A stretch of DNA of 64,000 nucleotides from an archaeon (GTDB lineage Archaea; Nanobdellota; Nanobdellia; Pacearchaeales; GW2011-AR1), in NCBI GenBank assembly GCA_043810865.1, contig JBDRNS010000020.1, positions 17,828 to 81,827 of the forward strand, written 5' to 3'. Below are positions 54,985 through 63,707 of the stretch, in pieces (position 1 is the stretch's first letter; every line of letters begins with the position of its first letter). The notes below the pieces were generated by a model, which ran no database searches, was not told the DNA's origin, and saw only the letters and a list, made by a program, of their open reading frames with translations. The position numbers and the translations under genes are program-made.

Positions 54985-56223
54985 TTACAGAATGTAGGGA
55001 ATAGGGACAGGAATTATGAATTTTCCTCTAAATCCTTTTTCTCTTAATTTTGGAATAATTATATCTTTTATATTCCATGCTAAAATCAAGGCATGAGTCG
55101 GTTGTGGCTCTTCAAAAAGAACTGATTCTTCTTTAATTGGAATGTGCACACCAGGAGAATATGTGCCTATTTTCAAACTCTTATATTCAAGTAAACAATC
55201 TATAGTTTCTGTTCCAATTTTGCAAAAATTGAGCAGGGTGTTTCCTTTAGCAGGAGCTCCTATGCCCACAATTGTTCCACTTTCATCTTTTATCTTAAAT
55301 AAAATTTCCCTAAATTTTTTCCTATTTTCAAAAACACTTTCAGAAAAAATATCATAAGTTTCTTTAGAGTAAAGGCCAAACTCCTCCTCTTCTTTTAATA
55401 TTCTTAAAATGTTGTCTGAAATCGAATAATCACCTTTATTACAAGCAAAAACCCTCATTGAACCTCCATGTGTCTCTATTCTCTGTGCATCAAAAATATC
55501 CATCCCATATTCATTAAAAAGACATATTAGAGATTTCAAAGAATAATATCTTAAATGTTCTGTATAAATAGAATCATATTCTCTTTTTGATATAAGATCT
55601 ATAACATATCCAGATTCCTCTATAAAAACCCCTTTTTTGTCCAAAAGCATTTTTATGCCTTTCATAAAAGAATCTAGCTCCTTAACGTGTGCAAAAACAT
55701 TTGTTGCAGTTATTATTTTTGCTTTTCCGAATTCACTTAATGTCTTTAATGCAGTTTCTTCATTAAAAAAAAGTTTCAAGGCAGGAATTTTTTTTTGGCT
55801 TGTGAGCTCCGCAGCTTTTGAAGGATCAATATTCAAAACACTTATTTTATATGGAAGATAATTTTCAAGTAAAGTCCCATCATTTCCCCCAATATCTACT
55901 GCAAGATCTCCTTCACTTAAATTGAACCTCCCCATAATAATTTCTACTAAGTCATGGAAATCTCTGACAAGTCCTTTATTTGAACCTGTTGTATAAATAA
56001 AACTATCTGTAAATAAGATTTTTGGGTCGGGAGCATACCCTAGCTGAACCAAACTGCAATCTTCACAAAAATAAACATCCAATGGAAAAAAAATTTCTGG
56101 TTCTTTTATTTTTTCTTCTGTTAAAAAACTACCCGGATTTGGATGATGGCCAAGAGACAAAAATTTATACAAATTGTTTGAAGAGCATATTTGGCATTTT
56201 TGTTTGTTAATTGTTTCAGACAT
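54985..56223 (-). CDS. NDP-hexose C-methyltransferase-like enzyme (Zn-ribbon + class I SAM MTase + C-methyltransferase C-terminal domain)
   Basis: N-terminal CQICSS...CEDCSLVQL, then SAM motif LAVDIGGNDGTLL. Length is about 410 aa. It is a paralog of the N-terminal part of 61473-63707. Confidence 0.75.
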   Translation of the reverse strand: MSETINKQKCQICSSNNLYKFLSLGHHPNPGSFLTEEKIKEPEIFFPLDVYFCEDCSLVQLGYAPDPKILFTDSFIYTTGSNKGLVRDFHDLVEIIMGRFNLSEGDLAVDIGGNDGTLLENYLPYKISVLNIDPSKAAELTSQKKIPALKLFFNEETALKTLSEFGKAKIITATNVFAHVKELDSFMKGIKMLLDKKGVFIEESGYVIDLISKREYDSIYTEHLRYYSLKSLICLFNEYGMDIFDAQRIETHGGSMRVFACNKGDYSISDNILRILKEEEEFGLYSKETYDIFSESVFENRKKFREILFKIKDESGTIVGIGAPAKGNTLLNFCKIGTETIDCLLEYKSLKIGTYSPGVHIPIKEESVLFEEPQPTHALILAWNIKDIIIPKLREKGFRGKFIIPVPIPYIL

Positions 56224-56289
56224 AAAAAATCAAAAAAACGTTTGTTTAAAAAGAATGTGGTTTTATATTCCATTCTGAATAAATTAAAT

Positions 56290-56880
56290 CAAAAATTCCT
56301 AAAAAAAAACAGTTTTTATTCTTATATTTTTTATTTTTTCAAAAGAGAATCATAAATAGCTCTAAAATTATGCCAAACTATCTGGGGTTTATTAAATTCC
56401 ATTTTCTGACGGGATAAAAAGGCAAAACCCTCCTTCATTAAGTGTTATATCTTTAACATCTCCGGAAAAATCAGCAGAATAAACATGTAAAAGCCCACTT
56501 CTTTGCCCACCATCAAAAGCAGTGTCCATAAACGGAAAATCTCCAAAATAATCAATATCATTTTAAAAAAATATCCAATAGAGAGAAGAATCTGTTAAGT
56601 CAAATTCTTTATGTGTTGGTGCTAAAATATCCTTAAATTTCTTTGATTTTAAGATTGCACTTCCTAACTTTCCACTTCCCCGGGTTAAAAGTATTTTTTA
56701 TATTTCATTTAATCCACTTTCAGAATTTTTCCTTTTTCCGTGGGAATGCATGAAACCCGTAAGTATTCCTCTTCCGAGCTTAAATCAACTCTTTTATCAA
56801 CCATATCCTTTGTTCCATTAATAAGGTGCAATAAGATTCCTTGTTTTAATTTAGAGTGTATTTTTTCCCTTTTATAGTAT
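56290..56880 (-). pseudogene. Decayed gene remnants
   Basis: About 680 bp has no ORF of 60 aa or more in any frame, within an otherwise gap-free locus. The minus strand gives short, mutually out-of-frame fragments. One (56563-56694) reads ILLTRGSGKLGSAILKSKKFKDILAPTHKEFDLTDSSLYWIFF*, which resembles the N-terminal Rossmann start of an NDP-sugar reductase/epimerase with a damaged GxxGxxG. Confidence 0.5.
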
Positions 56881-56904
56881 AAAAATAAAAGTTTATGTTT
56901 GTTT

Positions 56905-57405
56905 TTAAATTTTGTTTTTTACTATCTCAAATTTAAACCTTATGCTTCCTTTCAAAAAAGGAAACAAGTTAAACCATAATCTTACAAAAACATTGGGGCG
57001 CTTGTTTAAATTCCTTAAAATTATCGGCGTTGTATAACTGCACTCTTGCCCTTCCTCACAGACAAAAAAACTATCCCATGAAAAAGTTCTATAATGATTC
57101 ATTCTTGTTCTCTGATACATGTTGTCAAAATTCAAGCTCAATTCCAAAACACAATTATTCCTTGCTACCCTTGAAATCTCAGATAAAACAAATTCCCATT
57201 TTTCAGGTCTTACTTCTTCCAAAGCGTGGGATGAAAATATATGCTCAAAAGTATTGTCAGGAAAAGGCAATCCCTTTTCAATATCAACAACTTTGTCAGG
57301 GTTCACATTTTTTGCAATGTCTATGTTCATAAATCCCCCTTTTTTCACATTACCACAACCTATATTTAATCTTGTGAACTTTGGTTTTAGGTGTTTTCTT
57401 GGCAT
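56905..57405 (-). CDS. Class I SAM-dependent methyltransferase (Methyltransf_11-like)
   Basis: LNIGCGNVKKGGFMNID and FPDNTFEHIFSSHALEEV motifs. Confidence 0.7.
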   Translation of the reverse strand: MPRKHLKPKFTRLNIGCGNVKKGGFMNIDIAKNVNPDKVVDIEKGLPFPDNTFEHIFSSHALEEVRPEKWEFVLSEISRVARNNCVLELSLNFDNMYQRTRMNHYRTFSWDSFFVCEEGQECSYTTPIILRNLNKRPNVFVRLWFNLFPFLKGSIRFKFEIVKNKI

Positions 57406-57423
57406 TTTTACTTTATTTTTTGC

Positions 57424-58515
57424 TTAATATTGGATTTTGTAATTTATTTTCTTGGCAAGATCTTTTCCTTTTTCAATATAAAATTCATCTGTCTTTTTAT
57501 CTCCATCTATTGGTACTAAACCTCTTTGTTCCAATTTTTCTTTTAGATCATGAACAACCATCATTTTTACAAGATCCTTAAACTTTGTTTTTGGTTCCCA
57601 TCCTAAAATCCTTTTTGCCTTAAAAGAATCACCTAAAAGTGCAGGAACTTCTGCAGGTCTTTTATACCCTTCATTTATTTCAACAAATTGTTCCCAATTT
57701 AAATCAAAAATTCCAAATGCCTCCCTGACAAAATCTTTAACAGTGTGTGTTTCTTCCGTGGATATAACAAAATCATCTGGTTTATCATGTTGGAGAATTC
57801 TCCACATTGCTTCAACATATTCTTTTGCAAAACCCCAATCTCTCTTTGCATCCAAATTACCAAGAATCATCTTATTTTTTTCCCCTGTGATTATCTTTGC
57901 CAACTCAAGAGTTATTTTCTTTGTAACAAAGTTCCAACCACGCCTTGGAGATTCATGGTTAAACAAAATCCCATTTGATGCAAAAATCCCATGAGCATTT
58001 CTGTACATTTTTGTTAAATGATATGCCCCCAACTTAGAAATTCCATAAGGGCTTTGTGGCAGCATAGGTGTATTTTCATTTTGCGGGGGTGAAGAAATTC
58101 CAAACATTTCGCTTGAAGAAGCCTGATAAAATTTACAGTTTAATTTCATATCTTTTATGGCTTCCAGAATTCTTAGTGTTCCCAACAAATTATAATTAAT
58201 TGTTGATTCCGGATTTTTAAAACTTATTCCAACATGGCTTTGGGCACCGAGATTATAAATTTCGTCTGGCTTAACTTCTTCAAGAGCGTTTCTAATGCTG
58301 ACACCATCAGATAAATCTGCATATATTGTGTAATAAATGGAGTCCTCTTTGTTTCCGTGCACGTCCAAGTGCTCTATCCTTTTTTCGTTTGGCAAACTGG
58401 CACGCCTTATAACGCCTCTCACCAAATAACCTTTTGACAATAAAAATTCAGCAAGATAAGACCCATCTTGCCCCCCTATCCCTGTAATAAATGCTACTTT
58501 TTCTCCGTTTATCAT
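57424..58515 (-). CDS. gmd: GDP-mannose 4,6-dehydratase (paralog 2)
   Basis: VAFITGIGGQDGSYLAEFLLSKGYLVRGVIRR, SSEMFG, SPYGISK and ILFNHESPRRG. Confidence 0.9.
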   Translation of the reverse strand: MINGEKVAFITGIGGQDGSYLAEFLLSKGYLVRGVIRRASLPNEKRIEHLDVHGNKEDSIYYTIYADLSDGVSIRNALEEVKPDEIYNLGAQSHVGISFKNPESTINYNLLGTLRILEAIKDMKLNCKFYQASSSEMFGISSPPQNENTPMLPQSPYGISKLGAYHLTKMYRNAHGIFASNGILFNHESPRRGWNFVTKKITLELAKIITGEKNKMILGNLDAKRDWGFAKEYVEAMWRILQHDKPDDFVISTEETHTVKDFVREAFGIFDLNWEQFVEINEGYKRPAEVPALLGDSFKAKRILGWEPKTKFKDLVKMMVVHDLKEKLEQRGLVPIDGDKKTDEFYIEKGKDLAKKINYKIQY

Positions 58516-58657
58516 TTTGTGTTAATCCAATTTCAAACGCAGCCCGTTCAACCTATTTTAAAAAAGCCACCATTCAGTATTTAAATTTAATGATAGTAAA
58601 ATCTATTGAGTGATGTTGGTGCTTTTCTATGTAAAATTAGAATTTTTTATTGTCTTA

Positions 58658-60172
58658 TCACAAATTAGAATCAAATATGTCTATCTCAAAGTTGTTGTTA
58701 TCAATTTCGTTTTTTAGTCTTTGATGTATTTTTTCAAATATCTCGACATGCTCTTTATTGTCCTTGTGCAAAGGCTGCATCGTCTTGAATAAGAGCATGC
58801 AGATTATCTTTGCCTGTTTTATCTCTTCCTCATTAAAGTATTTTTTTAATAATTCAATAAACATTAACTTTCTTTCTCTCAAATGTTCGTTATACAGGAA
58901 AACAGAATTGTTTACATTGTAAAGCCCGAATTTTACCAAGTTGTAGTCATAAATTACAGAATGTAAAAGTTTTGCCAAGTCATAATACTTGCAATTCATG
59001 ACCCTTCCGTGGGGATCTACAAGGTATATCTTGTTCTGGTCAAAAAGCATGTTGCCGAGATGATAATCTCCATGGCTTATGACACTTCTTTTGTCTATAA
59101 TGTCAATATAGTTCAAGTAATTCTGCAAATTTCTGGAATACAAAATATTTTTCAAGGAATAATCTTCAGATTCATAGGAGAACACATCTATCACTCTTCT
59201 CAATTCAGAAAGAAGTATGATAAACAGCCTTTCATAATATTCCAATTCATTTTCCTTGAAGATGTATATATAATCAATGGGGAGTCCTCCAACTTTTTCC
59301 ATTTGCAATATTATTTCCCTGTTTTGGAATGACAAATCAAGCTTGCCAGGAATTTTTATGAATTTATATACATTCTTTTCACTTAGGAGTTTTAGATGCA
59401 AATACTCGGTAATGAGTTTTGTATCTGTTGACTTTTTTTCAAAAAGTTCTTCATTTTCCTGAAATGAATTAAAGAACCTTCCCATGTTAAAGTTATTTAT
59501 TCTCAAAAAATCATCTATATTTCCTATGTCTGTTACTCCAAAATTTAACAACTTGAACTTCTTCCTTGACACATATTTCTTAAGAAGCTGGGAAAATTGA
59601 TATTCTGTTTTTATTAGTGGTTCTTCCTTTTCAAAAACCTCATTCAGGCACTCAAGGGCAAAATCCTTGTCTTTAAAAAAATATAATCCTGAGAGGGCCT
59701 TGGAAGTGTCAGGTCTTGTTATAGGCTTATCATAAAAATTCAGATTGTCATCCACCATACACCATCTGGAAAAATCGGGCACAATTTGGATGCCTAGAAA
59801 GTCGCTTGTAAAGTCTAGGAATTGGGCATTATCTTTCAAAATCATATCCCCGAGATGGATTAAAAAGGGATTCTTAATATGATTCCTGCATGCATAAATT
59901 GCCCCCAATGGCCCGTTAATCTCTGTTTGCTCAACAATAACAAATTCATCGTTTCTTAAATTTTTTTTGAGAAAATCAACAATTTTTTCTTTTTTATGAT
60001 TTACTACAAAAATAAATCTCAAATTGTAGTCGCTTTTTTTTAAAGAATCAATTATGTGCTGCAGAACAGTTTTATTTTTGTAAGGCAATAATGATTTATG
60101 ATAATGTGACAATGCCTCAAATCTGGTTCCCTTGCCTGCAAGAGGGATTATTACATCAATATCCATATTCAT
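58658..60172 (-). CDS. Bifunctional sugar-phosphate nucleotidyltransferase (N-terminal) / APH-choline-kinase-like kinase (C-terminal)
   Basis: The N-terminus has IIPLAGKGTRF (the NTP-transferase G-x-G-T-R loop). The C-terminus has ISHGDYHLGNMLF...IYLVDPHG (Brenner/APH catalytic motif plus a DxxG Mg site). Confidence 0.7.
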   Translation of the reverse strand: MNMDIDVIIPLAGKGTRFEALSHYHKSLLPYKNKTVLQHIIDSLKKSDYNLRFIFVVNHKKEKIVDFLKKNLRNDEFVIVEQTEINGPLGAIYACRNHIKNPFLIHLGDMILKDNAQFLDFTSDFLGIQIVPDFSRWCMVDDNLNFYDKPITRPDTSKALSGLYFFKDKDFALECLNEVFEKEEPLIKTEYQFSQLLKKYVSRKKFKLLNFGVTDIGNIDDFLRINNFNMGRFFNSFQENEELFEKKSTDTKLITEYLHLKLLSEKNVYKFIKIPGKLDLSFQNREIILQMEKVGGLPIDYIYIFKENELEYYERLFIILLSELRRVIDVFSYESEDYSLKNILYSRNLQNYLNYIDIIDKRSVISHGDYHLGNMLFDQNKIYLVDPHGRVMNCKYYDLAKLLHSVIYDYNLVKFGLYNVNNSVFLYNEHLRERKLMFIELLKKYFNEEEIKQAKIICMLLFKTMQPLHKDNKEHVEIFEKIHQRLKNEIDNNNFEIDIFDSNL

Positions 60173-60225
60173 TTAACGATAAAGATGCATTTTATAAATT
60201 TTGTGAGAAGGAAGTCTACAAAAAT

Positions 60226-60882
60226 TTAATCAAGAGACTCTCTTATTTTCTTAGCATAATCCACTAAATGCCATGGTAAATCTGATTGTGGAAATAAAAA
60301 AGGAGTGCCATCTTCATTTTTTTGCGATGGCCAATTTGCCATTCTTAATAATTCTTCTATAACCTCCTTTTGATCAACAGCATTTAGGGGATCAAAATAA
60401 TATCCAGATGTAACGCGCTCAAACCTAGTATTACCAAAATTCTCTCCATAAGGTTCAACCCTTGACATTACATCCATCATCCCTGCAAGCCTTCTAGATG
60501 ATGTAGTATGGGCCAGAAGAGCAATTAAGTCATGTTCTAAACCTTCTCTTAGAATAACATCCAAAGAATTCACGCAATTCTCCGCCCCATTAGAAGCCCT
60601 AGTTTCTAAATAAATTACATCAGAAGGAACCCCAAATTCTTTTATTGCTAAATTTCCTAAATACTCTGCTTCAGAAACAGCTAGGTCTCCAGAATCCTTC
60701 CCAACTCCTCCTGTAAACAAAAAATATCCTGATTTTCTTTTAGCATAAAGTTCTCCTGCTTTTTCCGCCAATAAAGGGTCTGCCCTTCCAAACACAATTG
60801 TTCCCTGAACAGAATCAAATTCTGTGGGTTTATTCATATAGTCAAATATTTCCTGTATTTTTTTGGTGTCTATATCAACCAT
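60226..60882 (-). CDS. DUF218 (YdcF/ElyC-like) domain protein
   Basis: IVFGRADPLLAEKAGELY...FLFTGGVGKDSG and ETRASNGAEN fit the pattern typical of DUF218. Confidence 0.55.
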   Translation of the reverse strand: MVDIDTKKIQEIFDYMNKPTEFDSVQGTIVFGRADPLLAEKAGELYAKRKSGYFLFTGGVGKDSGDLAVSEAEYLGNLAIKEFGVPSDVIYLETRASNGAENCVNSLDVILREGLEHDLIALLAHTTSSRRLAGMMDVMSRVEPYGENFGNTRFERVTSGYYFDPLNAVDQKEVIEELLRMANWPSQKNEDGTPFLFPQSDLPWHLVDYAKKIRESLD

Positions 60883-60943
60883 GTTTTACTTTAGAATTAT
60901 TACCCTTTATAAGTTTTATTTAGTTAAGTTTATTTTGGAATTA

Positions 60944-61396
60944 TTAAAAAAAAACTTTGTTTATTTTTATGCACGCATCACAAACAGCGCCTTCTCCCGA
61001 ATTTGAAGGAGTCACATAATCCGCCCATTTCTTTGCCTCTATTCTTGCGTTTGAGGGAGCTATGCCGAATTTACAATCTCTAATTATCTTAGCATCAAAA
61101 ATTCCATCGCCCATGAAAATAGTGTTCTCAAAACCGAAATTTTTTCTTAACCATTCGTACCTGTCTCCTTCTACTACAAGTTTTATTTTGTAACCCATAT
61201 CATCTACCCTTTTTTTGGAGATTGAAAACCCTCTTTTGTCTGCACTTATAAAAAGAATATTCACTTTGTCTTTTATCAATTTCAAGCCATCTGCGTCATG
61301 CGCCCCAAAGACCTTGTAAACTTTTCCTTTAGAACTGTAAAGAAATTGTCCAGTGGTCATCACGCCATCTATGTCAATTATTAAATTTAACTTCAT
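60944..61396 (-). CDS. HAD-IIIA phosphatase, KdsC-like (sugar-acid or sugar-phosphate phosphatase)
   Basis: IIDIDGVMTTG (DxDGVxTDG-like motif I), ISADKR and FMGDGIFDAKI (motif IV GDxxxD). Length is 150 aa. Confidence 0.7.
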   Translation of the reverse strand: MKLNLIIDIDGVMTTGQFLYSSKGKVYKVFGAHDADGLKLIKDKVNILFISADKRGFSISKKRVDDMGYKIKLVVEGDRYEWLRKNFGFENTIFMGDGIFDAKIIRDCKFGIAPSNARIEAKKWADYVTPSNSGEGAVCDACIKINKVFF

Positions 61397-61472
61397 AGCA
61401 AAAATTCAACGGTTTTAACTTATAAACTTTATTAAGCTAAACACTAGTAAAAAGTTTTCACATATTCAACTT

Positions 61473-63707
61473 TTAATCTTTCAAATCTTTTTCAACCATT
61501 AACTGAGCTATTTCTTTGAATTTAAATTTTGGGTTAAATCCAAAAGCCCCTTTAGCTTTTCTAATATCTCCAATTAGAGTGCTTGTTCTAGTGGGTCTAA
61601 AAAATCGGGGATCAAATCCAACATATTCTCTTCCAGTATTCTTATCATATCCAATCTCATTCAACCCCTCTCCTTTCCAATTTATATTTATTCCAACACA
61701 TTTAAAGGATTCTTCTAAAAATTCTTTAACACTATGAGATTCTCCTGTTGCTATAATAAAATCATCTGGTTTATCCAACTGCATTATGCTCCATGCAGCC
61801 TCCATATATTCCTTTGAATACCCCCAATCAATCTTTGCACTAATATCTCCTAAATATAATTTATTTTGCTCACCTTTATGTATTTTAGCAACGGCCTTAG
61901 TTATTTTTCTTGTGACATAAGAGTCAGTTCTTCTAGGAGATTCATGATTGTAAAAAATAGCAGTAGATATAAACAATCCTCTTCTTCTATAATACTTAAC
62001 CCAATGATAAGCGGAGGCCTTGGCACACGCGTAAGGACTATTTGGATTTAATTTAGTGTCTTCATTTTGAGGAATGCTTTCATTCTCAACTTCTCCGAAC
62101 ATATTAGAAGTTAATGGTTGAAAAAACTTTATTTTTGGATTTATTTTATTAATTGCTTCAATAATTCTTACAACCCCTCCACTGGTTATATTATGACTAT
62201 ATTCTGGAGAATCATAACTCCAACCAATATGATCTTGATCCGCTTCATTATAAATCTCCTCAGGCATAACCTCTTCCATAATCCTATATATTGAACTAGA
62301 ATCAGCTAAGTCTCCTCTATGAACTTTAATTTTATCCATTATATGATCAATATTCTTTGTATTTCCTGTTGCAGATTTTCTTAAAACACCATGTACCTCA
62401 TATCCTTTTTCTAAAAGAACCTCTGCTAAATAACTCCCATCTTGTCCGGTAATCCCAAATATAAGAGCTTTTTTCTTATTTTCTCCAGATTTATTATATT
62501 CACTCCCTTTCGCATAAACTTCCAGCTTAGGAGTCACAAAAATAAATTTCCCCCCTGATTGAATCCATTCATGTTCTCTCTTAATAAAAGATTCTCTAAA
62601 TGCATAAGGTAAAACAAGAAAATAATCTGCATTTCTTTTAGCTTCCTCTTCAGAAATAATTGGAATATTACTTCCAACAGTATATTTTCCAAATTTTTCT
62701 TCACTAATCTCCGCAATCCCAGTTATGAGTCGGCCATCCAACCCATAATCTTGTAGAATAGTGTTTCCTTTTGTACTTGCACCATATCCATAAACTTTTT
62801 TCCCTTCAGAAACAATTTTCCTAATAAATTCCACACATTCTTGCTTATTCTTTTCTATTCTATCCGCAAGATCTAGATAGCTTTTCTTTGTTATATTCTC
62901 CTGATAGTCAATGCTGCCAGTTTTATAGTGTCTTGCAAATAATCTATAACTTCCTCCATTAATTGAATTTTCTTCAACCTTAAATATCTCTAGTCCATTC
63001 TTTTCAAATAAATATTTCAAAGATTCATATGAATAATACTCAATATGTTCATGGCAAATGTTTCCTACATCATTTTTCTCAAGCATAGGTTTAGAAGTCA
63101 TTAATTGAGCAATAAAGATTCCATTTTCATCTAATGCTTTAACTGCATCCCTAATAAATTGATTAGGGTCATCCATATCATAGAACATCCCAATAGCTGT
63201 AATTATCTTAGCCTTTTGATTTTCAAAAAGATGTTTGTATTTATCATAATTCCAAAAATCAGGAATAACAATTTCAGAATTTTTTTTCATTCCTTCAATC
63301 AAATTTTTTGCAGGTTCACAGCCCACTCTAATAACCTCTTTAGGATAAAAACTTAGTAATGTTCCATCATTAGCTCCTATATCCAAAACCATATCTCCTG
63401 ATTTCAAATCTGCCATATCTCTTCCAACTTCTGTTATCTCTTTAAGATCGTTGATAATAACTTGATTCAATCCGGAACGATACCAATAATGTCCTGAATA
63501 CATAAGCTCTTGTGGAGCTGTATGCTCTAGCTGCACCAATGTACAATTATTACACCACACCAATGTTAACGGAGCCTTTCCAATACTATCTCCTGGCCTA
63601 TCAATGAAAGTAGAAATATGCAAATCACCTAAAGAAAAAAGTCTTTCTAAATTATAAGACCCACACACCCTGCACTTTTCTATACCTATTCTTTCCATTT
63701 TTTTCAT
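61473..63707 (-). CDS. Fusion protein: C-methyltransferase-like domain (about aa 1-405) + GDP-mannose 4,6-dehydratase domain (about aa 410-744, paralog 3)
   Basis: The N-terminal part has CRVCGS...CNNCTLVQL and VLDIGANDGTLL, paralogous to 54985-56223. The C-terminal part has ALIFGITGQDGSYLAEVLLEKGYEVHGVLRK, TSNMFG, SPYACAK and IFYNHESPRR. It is one uninterrupted 744-codon frame. Confidence 0.8.
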   Translation of the reverse strand: MKKMERIGIEKCRVCGSYNLERLFSLGDLHISTFIDRPGDSIGKAPLTLVWCNNCTLVQLEHTAPQELMYSGHYWYRSGLNQVIINDLKEITEVGRDMADLKSGDMVLDIGANDGTLLSFYPKEVIRVGCEPAKNLIEGMKKNSEIVIPDFWNYDKYKHLFENQKAKIITAIGMFYDMDDPNQFIRDAVKALDENGIFIAQLMTSKPMLEKNDVGNICHEHIEYYSYESLKYLFEKNGLEIFKVEENSINGGSYRLFARHYKTGSIDYQENITKKSYLDLADRIEKNKQECVEFIRKIVSEGKKVYGYGASTKGNTILQDYGLDGRLITGIAEISEEKFGKYTVGSNIPIISEEEAKRNADYFLVLPYAFRESFIKREHEWIQSGGKFIFVTPKLEVYAKGSEYNKSGENKKKALIFGITGQDGSYLAEVLLEKGYEVHGVLRKSATGNTKNIDHIMDKIKVHRGDLADSSSIYRIMEEVMPEEIYNEADQDHIGWSYDSPEYSHNITSGGVVRIIEAINKINPKIKFFQPLTSNMFGEVENESIPQNEDTKLNPNSPYACAKASAYHWVKYYRRRGLFISTAIFYNHESPRRTDSYVTRKITKAVAKIHKGEQNKLYLGDISAKIDWGYSKEYMEAAWSIMQLDKPDDFIIATGESHSVKEFLEESFKCVGININWKGEGLNEIGYDKNTGREYVGFDPRFFRPTRTSTLIGDIRKAKGAFGFNPKFKFKEIAQLMVEKDLKD

